Shown one piece after another: positions 15,254 to 25,116 of a DNA stretch of 29,678 bases. The DNA is from a virus. Lineage: Duplodnaviria; Caudoviricetes. The position numbers and the translations under genes were made by a program. A model generated the notes under the pieces. The model saw only the letters and a list, made by a program, of their open reading frames with translations, was not told where the DNA came from and made no database searches. How positions within the stretch are numbered: position 1 is the stretch's first letter; each line of letters starts with the position of its first letter. The stretch spans positions 1-29,678 of the IMG/VR virus record IMGVR_UViG_3300037780_000065; one strand, given 5' to 3'.

Positions 15254-16825
15254 ATGATTCAGCTTGCACCGTCACACATCCTCGACGAGTTCGGCCGGCC
15301 ATTGCAAAAGACCGCGAAACCCCGGTCAGAACTGGTCGATGCGTTCCTGGATGCACATGCTGGTCGGCAAGTAGTGGACGCCACCTATGACGCGGCCCGC
15401 AATGGCGACGAGCACAAGAACTACTGGGCAAACGCGGATTCCTACGACGCTGATTCCGCTCATAGTCCGGCAGTTCGCCAGCCTTTGGTTGAGCGAAGCC
15501 GGTATGAGATCGCAAACAACGGCTATGCCTCGGGCATCGCATCCACTTACGCGAATGACTTGATTGGCGTTGGTCCATCACTTCGGATGAACACTGGCAG
15601 CGAACCGTTCAATCGGATGGTGGAAACCGAGTGGAAGCGATGGACGAAAGCGGTCCAGTTTCGTCGAAAACTATGGTGCCAAGCACATGCCAAGCACACT
15701 GATGGCGAATCGTTTGCTGTGCTTCGAAAAAACAAGAACGTGCGAAGTCGAATTAAGCTCGACATCAAGCTTTACGAGACGGAGCAGGTGCAGACACCTT
15801 ATTTGCCATACGGCGAAGAAGGGTATATCGACGGGATCAAGTTTGATGAGTTCGGAAATCCAGTCCACTACGACATACTGAAGCATCACCCAGGGTCAAC
15901 GAACGAACTGCACTATCACATGACACCTGAGAAGGTGCCAGCTCGTTTTGTCATGCACTGGTTCCGTATGCTGCGGCCAGGGCAGCACAGAGGCGTGCCA
16001 GAAACAGTCAGCACGCTCAACCTAGGAGCCTCGGCGAGGCGTTGGCGTGAGGCCGTTGTTGCAGCGGCCGAGAACATCGCGGATTTTTCGATCATGATTA
16101 AAACCATGTTCGAGCCCGACGAAATGGACAGCGTTTCGCCGATGTCCACGCTCGACATCCAGAAACGCATGATGACCGCTCTGCCGGCAGGGTACGACGC
16201 GTTTCAGCCAAAGGCAGAGCAACCAACCGCCAATCATGCAGAGTTCCACAAGACGTTGATCAATGAACAGGCCCGGCCAAAGTCGATGCCGTTCAACAAG
16301 GCCGCGTGCGATTCGTCGAATTACAACTACGCATCCGGTCGACTCGACCATTCGACCTACTACGGCTCGCTCGATGTGGAGCGTGAAGACTGCAACGATT
16401 TGGTTCTCGACCCGTGTTTCGATGTGTGGTTCGAGCATGCCGTCATTGAGTTTGGATGGTTGGGCGGCAACCCGGACGCACTGACAGCCGCGGCATCCGC
16501 TCACGAATGGGACTGGCCAAAACACCAAGTGGCCGACATCAAATCAGAGGCATCCGCCAATGCAACCAAGTTGCAAACCGGCGAAACGACGTTGCTCGAT
16601 GTCCACTCCGCAGCCGGTCGCGATTACGAGGACTGTCTGACCAAAGAGGCAGAGACCAACGGCATTACCGTTGAGCAGCAGAGGCAAATCAATCTGCTGA
16701 GAAATACTCCGAGTCATCTGACGAACGTTGTGGCAACGATCATCGGCGTGCAGGTGGCGAGCCAGTCGCCAGGTTTGGAGTTTGACCAATCACAGCCAGA
16801 GGAAACCGATGACGACGAAGAATGA
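15254..16825 (+). CDS. Portal protein (lambda family)
   Basis: RSRYEIANNGYASG, DGIKFDEFGNPVHY, RPGQHRGVP, NYASGRLD. Confidence 0.95.
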   Translation: MIQLAPSHILDEFGRPLQKTAKPRSELVDAFLDAHAGRQVVDATYDAARNGDEHKNYWANADSYDADSAHSPAVRQPLVERSRYEIANNGYASGIASTYANDLIGVGPSLRMNTGSEPFNRMVETEWKRWTKAVQFRRKLWCQAHAKHTDGESFAVLRKNKNVRSRIKLDIKLYETEQVQTPYLPYGEEGYIDGIKFDEFGNPVHYDILKHHPGSTNELHYHMTPEKVPARFVMHWFRMLRPGQHRGVPETVSTLNLGASARRWREAVVAAAENIADFSIMIKTMFEPDEMDSVSPMSTLDIQKRMMTALPAGYDAFQPKAEQPTANHAEFHKTLINEQARPKSMPFNKAACDSSNYNYASGRLDHSTYYGSLDVEREDCNDLVLDPCFDVWFEHAVIEFGWLGGNPDALTAAASAHEWDWPKHQVADIKSEASANATKLQTGETTLLDVHSAAGRDYEDCLTKEAETNGITVEQQRQINLLRNTPSHLTNVVATIIGVQVASQSPGLEFDQSQPEETDDDEE

Positions 16826-18869
16826 AATCCTGTCGATGTCTGCGCCGGTCAATATTGCGGCGATGGACGATCAAGGCGAACCAAAGAAAACGCCCACATT
16901 CGACGTTGTCGCGTACACAGGCGACCCAATCAACCTTGGCGGGTGGGACCTGCCGGTTGTGATCGACTTAGACGGAATGGTCTATGGGAATTCGCTAGTC
17001 GCAAACCTCGATCATGATCGAACCAAACGCGTTGGCAATGTCACTGCCAAAACGATCACTGACAACAAACAACTAATCCTCGCGGGGACTGCTTCGGCAG
17101 CGACGGAATCCCGCCGCGAGGTGATCGAGAGTGCCGCCAGTGGATTCGTCTGGCAAGCATCTATCGAAGCATCGGCCGACCGAGTCACCGAGGTTAAGGC
17201 CGGTCAGAAAATCCAGGTCAACGGCCGCGAGGTCGAAGGTCCGGTTTACCACGTTTCCGCGAGCACGCTCAAGGGGTTCGCGTTCGTTTCGCATGGTGCG
17301 GACGATAACACCACAGTTTCGATTGCGGCGTCAGCCGACAAAACTCCACCAAAGAGGAAAAAGGCCATGACGCCTGAATTGAAAGCATGGATCACCGAAA
17401 TCGGTTTTGACCCTGAAAGCCTGGAAGAAAACCAGATTGATGGACTAAAAGCCAGCTTCGAAGGCCGAAACAAGCCAAAAAGCACGACCGACAGCGACAC
17501 TGGGTTGAAGGACGGAATCGCCCAAGTTAAGGCGGAGAAGGATCGTCAAAAAACGATCTGCGAACTTGCGATGCGTGCCTGCGAGCGAATGCCGTTTATG
17601 TCCGCAGAAATCGAGCAACTCGGCGAAGACGCAATCGACAACAAGTGGAGCGTCGACAAGTTTCGCCTGGAGTTGATGGAAGCAGGAACGCCAACTGGCG
17701 TTACGATCCGAAACCCCTCGCGTGATTCCCGGCTGTCAAGCCGAGTGCTGGAGGCTGCGGTTTGTGTCGCTGGTCGATTGGACGACGCAGAGAAGCACTA
17801 CGACGACCAGACTCTGCAAGCGGCACATGATCGATTCCACGGTGCGGGCATTGGGCTGAATCAGTTGATCATGCTTGGTGCCGAAGAAAATGGCTACCGA
17901 AGCAACCATTCGAATCAAATCACTCCCGATGTGCTCGAAGCTGCGTTTACCAGTCGTGGCGGAAAAGACATCCGAGCGAGCGGATTCTCGACGGTCAGCA
18001 TTCCGACTGTTTTGTCAAACGTTGCCAACAAGTTCTTGCGTCGTGGCTGGGACTCCATTGACATGACCCCAATGGAAATCGCTGCGATTCGTCCGGTTCG
18101 GGACTTCAAGACTGTCACCACAGTCAGCCTGACCGGGGACACTAAGTTCCAAAAGCTTGGCCCCGATGGTGAGATCAAGCACGGCACGCTTGGCGAAGAA
18201 ACGTACAACAACAAGGCTGACACCTACGGCCGCATGTTGTCGATCACCCGTACCGATTTCATCAACGATGACTTGGGTGCATTGACTGACGTTCCGCGGA
18301 AGCTTGGCCGCGGTGCCGCGTTGAGTTTGAACGACATTTTCTGGACCAAGTTCCTGGACAATGCTGCGTTCTTCGCTAGTGGAAACAACAACGTTTCGAC
18401 AGACACTGGTGCTTTGGGGCTAACCGGGCTTTCCGAAGCTCACACCGTGTTCATGAGTCAAACCGACCCAGACGGCAACCCGCTTGGCATCACACCGTCG
18501 ATCCTGCTGGTTCCAACCGCGTTGGAAACGACTGCCCGACAGCTGATGAACAGCGAAAAACTAAAGGGTGATACTGACGAGCCAGATGCAAACCCGTGGC
18601 GTGGTCGCTTCCGAGTGGTTACTTCTCCGTACATGCACAACGCTCTGTTCACTGGGTACAGCGCTGCTGCTTGGTACTTGCTGGCTGATCCCGAAGACAT
18701 GCCAGTGATCGAGATTGCTGCACTCAACGGACGCGTTGAGCCTGTCGTTGAAACCGCACGTGCAGACTTCGATGTCCTGGGTGTCCAGATGCGTGGCTAC
18801 AGCGACGTCGGTGTCGAACTGCAAGAGTATCGCGGCGGCGTTCGTGCTGATGGCTCGGCTGCTGACTGA
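16809..18869 (+). CDS. Prohead protease/scaffold-major capsid fusion protein (Mu gpT-like capsid)
   Basis: N-terminal AYTG...LDHD...WQASI protease-like part; C-terminal VRDFK...TYGRMLSITR.DFINDDLGA...LLVP...AWYLLADP. Confidence 0.9.
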   Translation: MTTKNEILSMSAPVNIAAMDDQGEPKKTPTFDVVAYTGDPINLGGWDLPVVIDLDGMVYGNSLVANLDHDRTKRVGNVTAKTITDNKQLILAGTASAATESRREVIESAASGFVWQASIEASADRVTEVKAGQKIQVNGREVEGPVYHVSASTLKGFAFVSHGADDNTTVSIAASADKTPPKRKKAMTPELKAWITEIGFDPESLEENQIDGLKASFEGRNKPKSTTDSDTGLKDGIAQVKAEKDRQKTICELAMRACERMPFMSAEIEQLGEDAIDNKWSVDKFRLELMEAGTPTGVTIRNPSRDSRLSSRVLEAAVCVAGRLDDAEKHYDDQTLQAAHDRFHGAGIGLNQLIMLGAEENGYRSNHSNQITPDVLEAAFTSRGGKDIRASGFSTVSIPTVLSNVANKFLRRGWDSIDMTPMEIAAIRPVRDFKTVTTVSLTGDTKFQKLGPDGEIKHGTLGEETYNNKADTYGRMLSITRTDFINDDLGALTDVPRKLGRGAALSLNDIFWTKFLDNAAFFASGNNNVSTDTGALGLTGLSEAHTVFMSQTDPDGNPLGITPSILLVPTALETTARQLMNSEKLKGDTDEPDANPWRGRFRVVTSPYMHNALFTGYSAAAWYLLADPEDMPVIEIAALNGRVEPVVETARADFDVLGVQMRGYSDVGVELQEYRGGVRADGSAAD

Positions 18870-18916
18870 TCTAGCTGATTAGTAAACCTGTTTTCACTCA
18901 ATATTGAATCGGTCTC

Positions 18917-19198
18917 ATGAAAGTCTTGATGCTTCGAAACCCACGATCCTTCCTTCGCTGTGATTTGCACGAAGGTGAAACCGGAGACGTTTCGAAGCGT
19001 CTCGGCGAAGTGCTGATCGATTCAGGAATCGCAGTGGAAGCGAAAGAAGATACGCCAGCCAAGCCGGCTAAGCGTTCCACTCGAAAGACTAAAAGCAGCG
19101 TAAAGGGCGTGGCCGACAAACCCGCCGTTTCCGAAACCAAGCCCGCTGAAATTGCGGGCACTGAAACCGACAACACCACCCCAAGTGAAGGGAACTGA
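18917..19198 (+). CDS. Small head-associated hypothetical protein with low-complexity tail
   Basis: Follows the capsid gene; L..GIAVE motif then a K/P/T-rich tail. Confidence 0.65.
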   Translation: MKVLMLRNPRSFLRCDLHEGETGDVSKRLGEVLIDSGIAVEAKEDTPAKPAKRSTRKTKSSVKGVADKPAVSETKPAEIAGTETDNTTPSEGN

Positions 19199-19200
19199 AC

Positions 19201-19542
19201 ATGCCAGAGGCAACTTTCAAACACGGCAATCCGTTGATGTGCGATTACGTCGCGGGAACGGATGTCACCGAGGGCGATGTGATCGTCATCGGAACGCAAT
19301 GCTTTATTGCACATCGTCCGATTGCAGCCGGTGAAAAAGGTGCATTGGCTGCCGGCGGAGGCGTTTACTCAATTGCGTCCAACGGCTCGCTTGATTCCGG
19401 CGGTGCAATCGCCTACTGGGACGAATCGGAAAGCGAAGTCACCAGCACAGCGACCGACAACACCCGCATCGGTGTCACGGCACCGAGCCAAGGTGCTGCC
19501 GCAGATGGCGATGCAGTCTTGATCATCCACGACCGCGCCTAA
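19201..19542 (+). CDS. Capsid cement/decoration protein (DUF2190-like)
   Basis: DY..G.DV..GDVIVIG...IAAGEKGAL...GVY...YWD...IG. Confidence 0.8.
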   Translation: MPEATFKHGNPLMCDYVAGTDVTEGDVIVIGTQCFIAHRPIAAGEKGALAAGGGVYSIASNGSLDSGGAIAYWDESESEVTSTATDNTRIGVTAPSQGAAADGDAVLIIHDRA

Positions 19543-19552
19543 GTGAAACCCA

Positions 19553-19768
19553 ATGTCTGAGCAAACCCCACCCGAAACGATCGCCGAAGCCATTGAGCAA
19601 TCGGCGATCGGTGGCATCAAAAAGGGATCCGAGGAAGGTCGTGAGTTCGAGAAACACTCGATCGACGACCAGATCAAGGCGGCCCAATATGTTGCTGCGA
19701 AACGAGCAGCGGGGAAAGCTCACTTTGGCCTGCGGTTCACGAAGCTTGTTCCACCCGGAGCGGGCTGA
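19553..19768 (+). CDS. gpW-like head completion protein candidate
   Basis: 71 aa, KHSIDDQIKAAQY...GLRFTKLVPPG. Confidence 0.55.
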   Translation: MSEQTPPETIAEAIEQSAIGGIKKGSEEGREFEKHSIDDQIKAAQYVAAKRAAGKAHFGLRFTKLVPPGAG

Positions 19769-20136
19769 TGGGGTCTTGGTTCGATTCGATGTTTCAGGCT
19801 AGCGTCACACCTCAGCTAAACCGTTACTACGGTGTGACTGTGGTTTTGGCGCGAGGTGCGTTAGTGAGCGAAGAGTTCACGGCGAGGCGAAACAAAGTTG
19901 AGAACCTTTCGTCCAGTGACGCAGACGGCTTTCGATTGGATTTCACGCAACGTGATTTCCTTTTGCCGGTGAACACGATCGAGATGGATGACGAGATCGT
20001 TGAGCCTCGTTCAGGAGATCGCGTTTACGAAGGCGACGAAGTATTCGAAATCTTCCCAGAGGACGAATTCACGTTGCCAGTTGAGCGTCATAGCCAAAAC
20101 GAATGGCTTGTCCACACAAAGCAGGTCAATGAGTAG
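19768..20136 (+). CDS. Head-tail joining protein (gpFII-like)
   Basis: RDFLL...EPRSGDRV...FEI...VHTK; position in the module. Confidence 0.7.
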   Translation: MGSWFDSMFQASVTPQLNRYYGVTVVLARGALVSEEFTARRNKVENLSSSDADGFRLDFTQRDFLLPVNTIEMDDEIVEPRSGDRVYEGDEVFEIFPEDEFTLPVERHSQNEWLVHTKQVNE

Positions 20137-20563
20137 TCCAGATGTCGACATTGCAGTTGATTTGACGGCGAAGCTGAATGAAGCACATTCCACTTCGCCG
20201 TTCTCTCGCGTGCCTTGCCGTATTGAATACGCACACGAGAGCAACATCGATTACAAGTCGTTTCGAGACACGCAAATCCAGGTGTCGCCGCAAGGGATCG
20301 ATCATATTCGAAGCGCTCGCGAATACTGGTCGGAAGACGCCAGGATACAGGTTGAGTTCGCGGGAAAGACGAAGGACACCAACAACGCGTCGATTCGTGA
20401 CTGGCTGGACTTTGTCTATCAAGTCATCGGCCAAATCAAGACGTTGAAGCCGTTGAGAAAGAAGGCATTGCGAATCGAATCGGAGGAACGATACGACCGC
20501 GCAATGCTGCATACGTCGAAGGTCTTCAAGACCATTTACATCATCACTTATTCCCAAATCTAA
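20129..20563 (+). CDS. Tail terminator-like protein
   Basis: Size and position just before the tail tube gene. Confidence 0.55.
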   Translation: MSSPDVDIAVDLTAKLNEAHSTSPFSRVPCRIEYAHESNIDYKSFRDTQIQVSPQGIDHIRSAREYWSEDARIQVEFAGKTKDTNNASIRDWLDFVYQVIGQIKTLKPLRKKALRIESEERYDRAMLHTSKVFKTIYIITYSQI

Positions 20564-20575
20564 AGGGTACTGAAC

Positions 20576-21034
20576 ATGTCTGTTTTGGGACTTGAAGTCA
20601 CCACGGCACTCAACACGGCAACCATCGCGTCACCAACTTGGGATGTCGTTGGTCCAATCAAAGACGAGACGCTCAACATGTCCAAGAGCTTGGTCGATGT
20701 GACCACGCGATTGGCGAACGGATGGCGATTGCAACGTGGTGCATTGAAAGAGGCAACAATCGACTTGCAATTGCTTTATCTGCCAGACGACACGGACTTC
20801 CAGGCGTTCCAGGAGGCGTTTTTCGATGGCACGCAGTTGATCATCGGACTGTTTGACGGCGATATCGAGGTGGACGGCACATACAACGGTCTGCACTCCG
20901 CGGTGAATGTCACCGGGTTCAGTATCCCCCGCAACCTCGAAGACGCTGTGGTTGTCGACGTGACGCTGGTACTTGACCTGGAAGACACGACCAACACCGC
21001 TCCGTCTTGGGCTGAGATCACAATTTCGAGCTGA
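20576..21034 (+). CDS. Major tail tube protein
   Basis: IKDETLNMSK..VDVTTR...GW...LKEATID...VTGFS...LEDAVVVDVTL. Confidence 0.8.
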   Translation: MSVLGLEVTTALNTATIASPTWDVVGPIKDETLNMSKSLVDVTTRLANGWRLQRGALKEATIDLQLLYLPDDTDFQAFQEAFFDGTQLIIGLFDGDIEVDGTYNGLHSAVNVTGFSIPRNLEDAVVVDVTLVLDLEDTTNTAPSWAEITISS

Positions 21035-21082
21035 GCGAACTGAATCACATCAATCAAACAACTGAGAACAGGAGTCGAAATA

Positions 21083-21403
21083 ATGAAAATGATCAGTCCC
21101 CGAATGCTGGAAAAGATGCGACGTGGTGCCGAGCGTCTTTACGTCAAGCATCGCGAATCACTCGCGACTGCAACCGTAGTGTTGCGTCAGGACATCGCCA
21201 AGGAACTTGGGTTGAAGTTCACTGAAACGAAGCCAGTGGAATCCAACGCAGGGAACAGTGAGCCGATTGGTCTTTTTGAAGACGAGCCAACCGCCGAAAA
21301 GATCGTGAGGACGCCGCACATCCGGGTCAAGCTCACCGACTATATCGCCGCGTTGAAAAGCCAGCCCACCAAACCTGCTGAAAAGGCTGCTGACAAGAAA
21401 TGA
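21083..21403 (+). CDS. Hypothetical protein
   Basis: AGGAG RBS; intact ORF between the tube and chaperone genes. Confidence 0.6.
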   Translation: MKMISPRMLEKMRRGAERLYVKHRESLATATVVLRQDIAKELGLKFTETKPVESNAGNSEPIGLFEDEPTAEKIVRTPHIRVKLTDYIAALKSQPTKPAEKAADKK

Positions 21404-21843
21404 AACCAAATGCAACGAGTTGCAACGCCAAAGTGAACGGCAAAGACGTCAGCCTCGCGTTGACTGTTGGTCGAGTGATCTACGGGCGATCCAACGGCAG
21501 CGACATCGGCGACCTTGAAGACGGTCCTGTTTCCGCGATGTTCACCGATCCGGTATTGCTGGCGGAGACGACATGGAATCTGTACCAGGATCGATTGGTG
21601 GACGCGGGTGTTGAGAACCAAGAAGCGTTCAACGATTTGCTTGATGGAAGCACCACCAAGTCGATTGAGGCTGCTTGCAAGAAAGCACTGATTGATTTTT
21701 TTCCGTGGGGCCAGGTTGTTGTGGATCAAGTCGACGAACTGATCAGCAACCTCGGCAAGACGGCGAAAGCGATGGCGGATCCAATGTCTGGCCAACAATC
21801 TGGAAAGCTGCCGGAATCATTGGAATCGACCCCTCAAACCTGA
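21400..21843 (+). CDS. Tail assembly chaperone (gpG-like)
   Basis: Position upstream of the tape measure; DPVLL...AL.DFFP. Confidence 0.65.
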   Translation: MKPNATSCNAKVNGKDVSLALTVGRVIYGRSNGSDIGDLEDGPVSAMFTDPVLLAETTWNLYQDRLVDAGVENQEAFNDLLDGSTTKSIEAACKKALIDFFPWGQVVVDQVDELISNLGKTAKAMADPMSGQQSGKLPESLESTPQT

Positions 21844-22076
21844 CGTACGGGCAGTTGGTGTCGATGGCTTACGAGCGTGACAGAGCCGAATGGGCTCGCG
21901 CGTCAGCCATCATGGCCCAACTAGCGAACGTCAACCGAGGCAAAGACACAAAGCCAATTCCTGCCGATGCCTACACGCCGTATTCGAGCGAACAGACTTC
22001 GGATGGAAGCAGCAAAATCAAATTGAACGCCAAGAACCTGCACTTGTTGAAAGCACTAACGGGGAAACGCAAATGA
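21696..22076 (+). CDS. gpT-like -1 frame extension of the tail chaperone
   Basis: -1 frame open from 21696 to 22076; WKAAGIIGIDP..LT..QL..M...W. Confidence 0.55.
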   Translation, partial: FFSVGPGCCGSSRRTDQQPRQDGESDGGSNVWPTIWKAAGIIGIDPSNLTYGQLVSMAYERDRAEWARASAIMAQLANVNRGKDTKPIPADAYTPYSSEQTSDGSSKIKLNAKNLHLLKALTGKRK

Positions 22077-22540
22077 TCGGTTTCACAGTTGGTCGAATCG
22101 TCAACAACGCACCTAAGATCGTTCGACAGATCAAAAAGCGAAAGTCGCAAACGCTGGACAAATTCGGCGTTGATCTGCGAGAAGCCGCGGTTTCTTCGAT
22201 GAAAACGGTTCCGACTGACTCGCCAAAGACTTCGTCACCTGGGAGCCCGCCGTTTGTTCGGTCGGGTGAGCCAAACTTAACAACGATTCGCCATGCAGTG
22301 AACGGAGACACGGTGGTTGCTGGTCCGGTGCTGGCAAAGAAACCAGGCAATCTTGGCGGGCCAATCCCTGGGATTCTCGAGCGTGGTGGCACGGTGATGA
22401 AGAAAACCCGTCGAAACCGAATGGGGCAAGGCCGGGTGATTCGCTACCAGGTGAAAGCGAGACCATTCATTTACCCGGCGGGGATGAAGGCACTGCGAAA
22501 GATGCAAGGTGATATGCGACGCCGGGGGATTGCAAGATGA
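22073..22540 (+). CDS. Basic tail completion/neck protein (HK97 gp10-like)
   Basis: SSPGSPP...VVAGP...LERGG...KARPFIYPA. Confidence 0.65.
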   Translation: MIGFTVGRIVNNAPKIVRQIKKRKSQTLDKFGVDLREAAVSSMKTVPTDSPKTSSPGSPPFVRSGEPNLTTIRHAVNGDTVVAGPVLAKKPGNLGGPIPGILERGGTVMKKTRRNRMGQGRVIRYQVKARPFIYPAGMKALRKMQGDMRRRGIAR

Positions 22541-25116
22541 CCACACGAGCACAAATTGACGCTGGTGGAGCGGAGTTTTCGCTTTCACTAAAAGACGACC
22601 TCACAAAACAGGTGCAGGCGTCGCTGCAGACTGTCGTAACGGAAGTCCGTGCAGTCAAAGCGGCTGTTGACAGCGAGATCAAGGACATCGGCCGGCAGAT
22701 TGAATCAACTGCTAAGTCGGTGGCTGCGTTGAGTGCAGGCGTGACGGCACTGGGCGGTGCTTCGCTGTTCGGATTTGGCAAGGCAATTGTTGCGGCTGGC
22801 AATTTTGCCGAGACCGTCAACATGTTCGAGGCGGTGTTCAAAGATCAATCCGCCGCGGTCCGTGCTTGGGGTAAAGAGTACGGAAAAACGGTTGGTCGAG
22901 CCGAAGCTCAGATGCTGGATTTTCTCGCTCAATCACAAGACACATTTGTTCCCCTCGGCTTCGATCGACGTGAAGCAGCCGAGCTATCGAAGACTGTAAC
23001 GAAGCTCGCCATTGATCTGGGGTCATTTAAGAATATCGACGACGGCGAGTCTCTTCGCAGGTTGCTTGGGGGCTTGGTAGGCAACACCGAAAACTTGAAG
23101 GCGTTTGGCGTCCAAGCGACCGCCGCCGCCGTAAAGGCGAAAGCGTTGTCTCTTGGGTTCGACCCGAACAACTTGACCAGCTACGAAAAAGCGTTGGCAA
23201 TCCTCGAGATCACAATCGATGGAACGCAGGACGCACAGGGCGATGCGATCAATACAGCGAAGGAATTCGCCAACAGCGTCAAGGGCCTGCAAGCTCAAAT
23301 CAAACGACTGACGATCAATCTGGGATCAGAGCTGAAAGGAGCCGCTACAGCCGCGGTCCGTGCGTTGTCGTCGATGCTATCGCTCACCAGCGATTTGCTG
23401 GAACGGTTTCCGGTCCTGACGAAGGTTGCAGCAGCCTTGGCGATCGCGATCACTGCAATCGGCTTGGCCGCAACGGCAGCGGCAACCGCAATAGCGTTCC
23501 TTGGTGCATCACTTGGAACGATTGGCATTCTGGCCCTCGGTTCGCTCGTTCGGACGGCTGGCGTAATGGGAACGCTCGCGATTGCGTCAGGGATTGCAAG
23601 AACAGCAGTCACGGGTGTTTCGACGGCTTTCGGAGCGTTTGCCGTGTCGTCGCGGGCCGCGGTTACAACCTCAGCAACTTTCGCTGGTGCGATGCGTGGG
23701 GTTGCCGCCGCGATTGGGCGTGTTGGAGCGGGACTCGCCGCGGTGTTCCAACGGGGCGTGATGCGTGCCGCGTTGCTGGGGCTGGTCGCCGGTTTCAAGA
23801 CGGCAATCGCAACGGTCACGGCTGCGTTCGCTGCAATGTTCCGATTTGTCATTGCCGCATCACTGCGGATGGCGGTGGCGTTGGTCAATCCGTGGACGCT
23901 CTTGGCCACCGCCATCGTCGCCGCCATGAAACTGGTTGAGCGATACTACCGCCAGCAAGAAGAGTTCGAGAAAAAGCGTGCAAAAAACCTGGAACAGGAG
24001 CGTCAGCGAATCGTTGCTGAATCGTTCCGTGCCGCTGGTCAGCCTGTTCCTGATGATCTAAGCAACAACCGAGATTACAACAAAGCAAGGGTTGTTGGCA
24101 CAAAAGACACGGCACTGTCACAGTTTGATAGCGATCTGGCGAAAGAAATCGCCGGGATGCGGACGGCTCTTGAGTCATTCCGGGAGCGTGTGGCAGGGGC
24201 TGAGCGTTTGCTCTCGCGTGGGTCAATCAATCAGGAGCAATTCGACAAATTCGCCAAGCAGGAGCTGGAGTCATTTCGCAAGAGCGACCCTGTTACGCAA
24301 GCTCGCGAGTCACTTCGGGAATCATTGCTCACGCCGATCGAGGTGTTCGAGAAAGCGGTCGCGGAAGCGAAGACGCTGTTTAGTGACGAGCCAGCAATGT
24401 TTGATCGTGCGCGGCAGGCTGCAATCGAACAGTTCAAGGCAAACGACAAGGCAACGCAGTTGGCACAGCAGCTACGGACGCCGCTTGAAAAATTCGAAGC
24501 GGCAGCCGAAGAAGCAAACCGCCTATTCGCCGATTCGCCAGAGAATCTCAAAAGAGCCTTGGACGATGCGGCTGAACAGTTTCGTGCGAGTGATCCCGCC
24601 GAACAACTGAAGATGCAGCTTCGAACTCCTGCGGAGATACTGCGTGATAGGATGATCGAACTGGGCGAGATCCTCGCAAGCGCTCCAGCCGAGATGCGTG
24701 AGCAACTTGCGACACGAGGCCGGCAGCAGGCGTTTGACGAATTCAACCGAACTGATCCCGACCGCCGTGGCGCAAAGGAGATTCGCGACTCACTGAAAAG
24801 CGACGGGGTGAAGATCGCTGAGAAGATCGCCAAGGCGAGCGAGTTGGTCAGCAAGGGTCTCCTGAGCCAACGCGAACTGGCAAAGTTCCGCGGCAATCTA
24901 ATCAAGGAAGCGGTTGGCGATCGTCCCGAGGTCGATTTGTCACGATCGGTTGCATCAACCAGCGCAACGTTCGCGTCACAGGTCGGTGCGTTCGGCCCTG
25001 CGTTCAACGCCGACCAAGAGCTTGTGAAATTCAACGAGAAGCAACTGGAAGTACAGCAAGAGATGAACGGGCACCTTGCGAAAATGGCTAATCGGCGAAG
25101 GGTCCTTAACAAATGA
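22537..25116 (+). CDS. Tail tape measure protein
   Basis: 859 aa, Ala-rich helical; KLAIDLGSF..., hydrophobic middle, repeated LRTPxExF units. Confidence 0.9.
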   Translation: MTTRAQIDAGGAEFSLSLKDDLTKQVQASLQTVVTEVRAVKAAVDSEIKDIGRQIESTAKSVAALSAGVTALGGASLFGFGKAIVAAGNFAETVNMFEAVFKDQSAAVRAWGKEYGKTVGRAEAQMLDFLAQSQDTFVPLGFDRREAAELSKTVTKLAIDLGSFKNIDDGESLRRLLGGLVGNTENLKAFGVQATAAAVKAKALSLGFDPNNLTSYEKALAILEITIDGTQDAQGDAINTAKEFANSVKGLQAQIKRLTINLGSELKGAATAAVRALSSMLSLTSDLLERFPVLTKVAAALAIAITAIGLAATAAATAIAFLGASLGTIGILALGSLVRTAGVMGTLAIASGIARTAVTGVSTAFGAFAVSSRAAVTTSATFAGAMRGVAAAIGRVGAGLAAVFQRGVMRAALLGLVAGFKTAIATVTAAFAAMFRFVIAASLRMAVALVNPWTLLATAIVAAMKLVERYYRQQEEFEKKRAKNLEQERQRIVAESFRAAGQPVPDDLSNNRDYNKARVVGTKDTALSQFDSDLAKEIAGMRTALESFRERVAGAERLLSRGSINQEQFDKFAKQELESFRKSDPVTQARESLRESLLTPIEVFEKAVAEAKTLFSDEPAMFDRARQAAIEQFKANDKATQLAQQLRTPLEKFEAAAEEANRLFADSPENLKRALDDAAEQFRASDPAEQLKMQLRTPAEILRDRMIELGEILASAPAEMREQLATRGRQQAFDEFNRTDPDRRGAKEIRDSLKSDGVKIAEKIAKASELVSKGLLSQRELAKFRGNLIKEAVGDRPEVDLSRSVASTSATFASQVGAFGPAFNADQELVKFNEKQLEVQQEMNGHLAKMANRRRVLNK

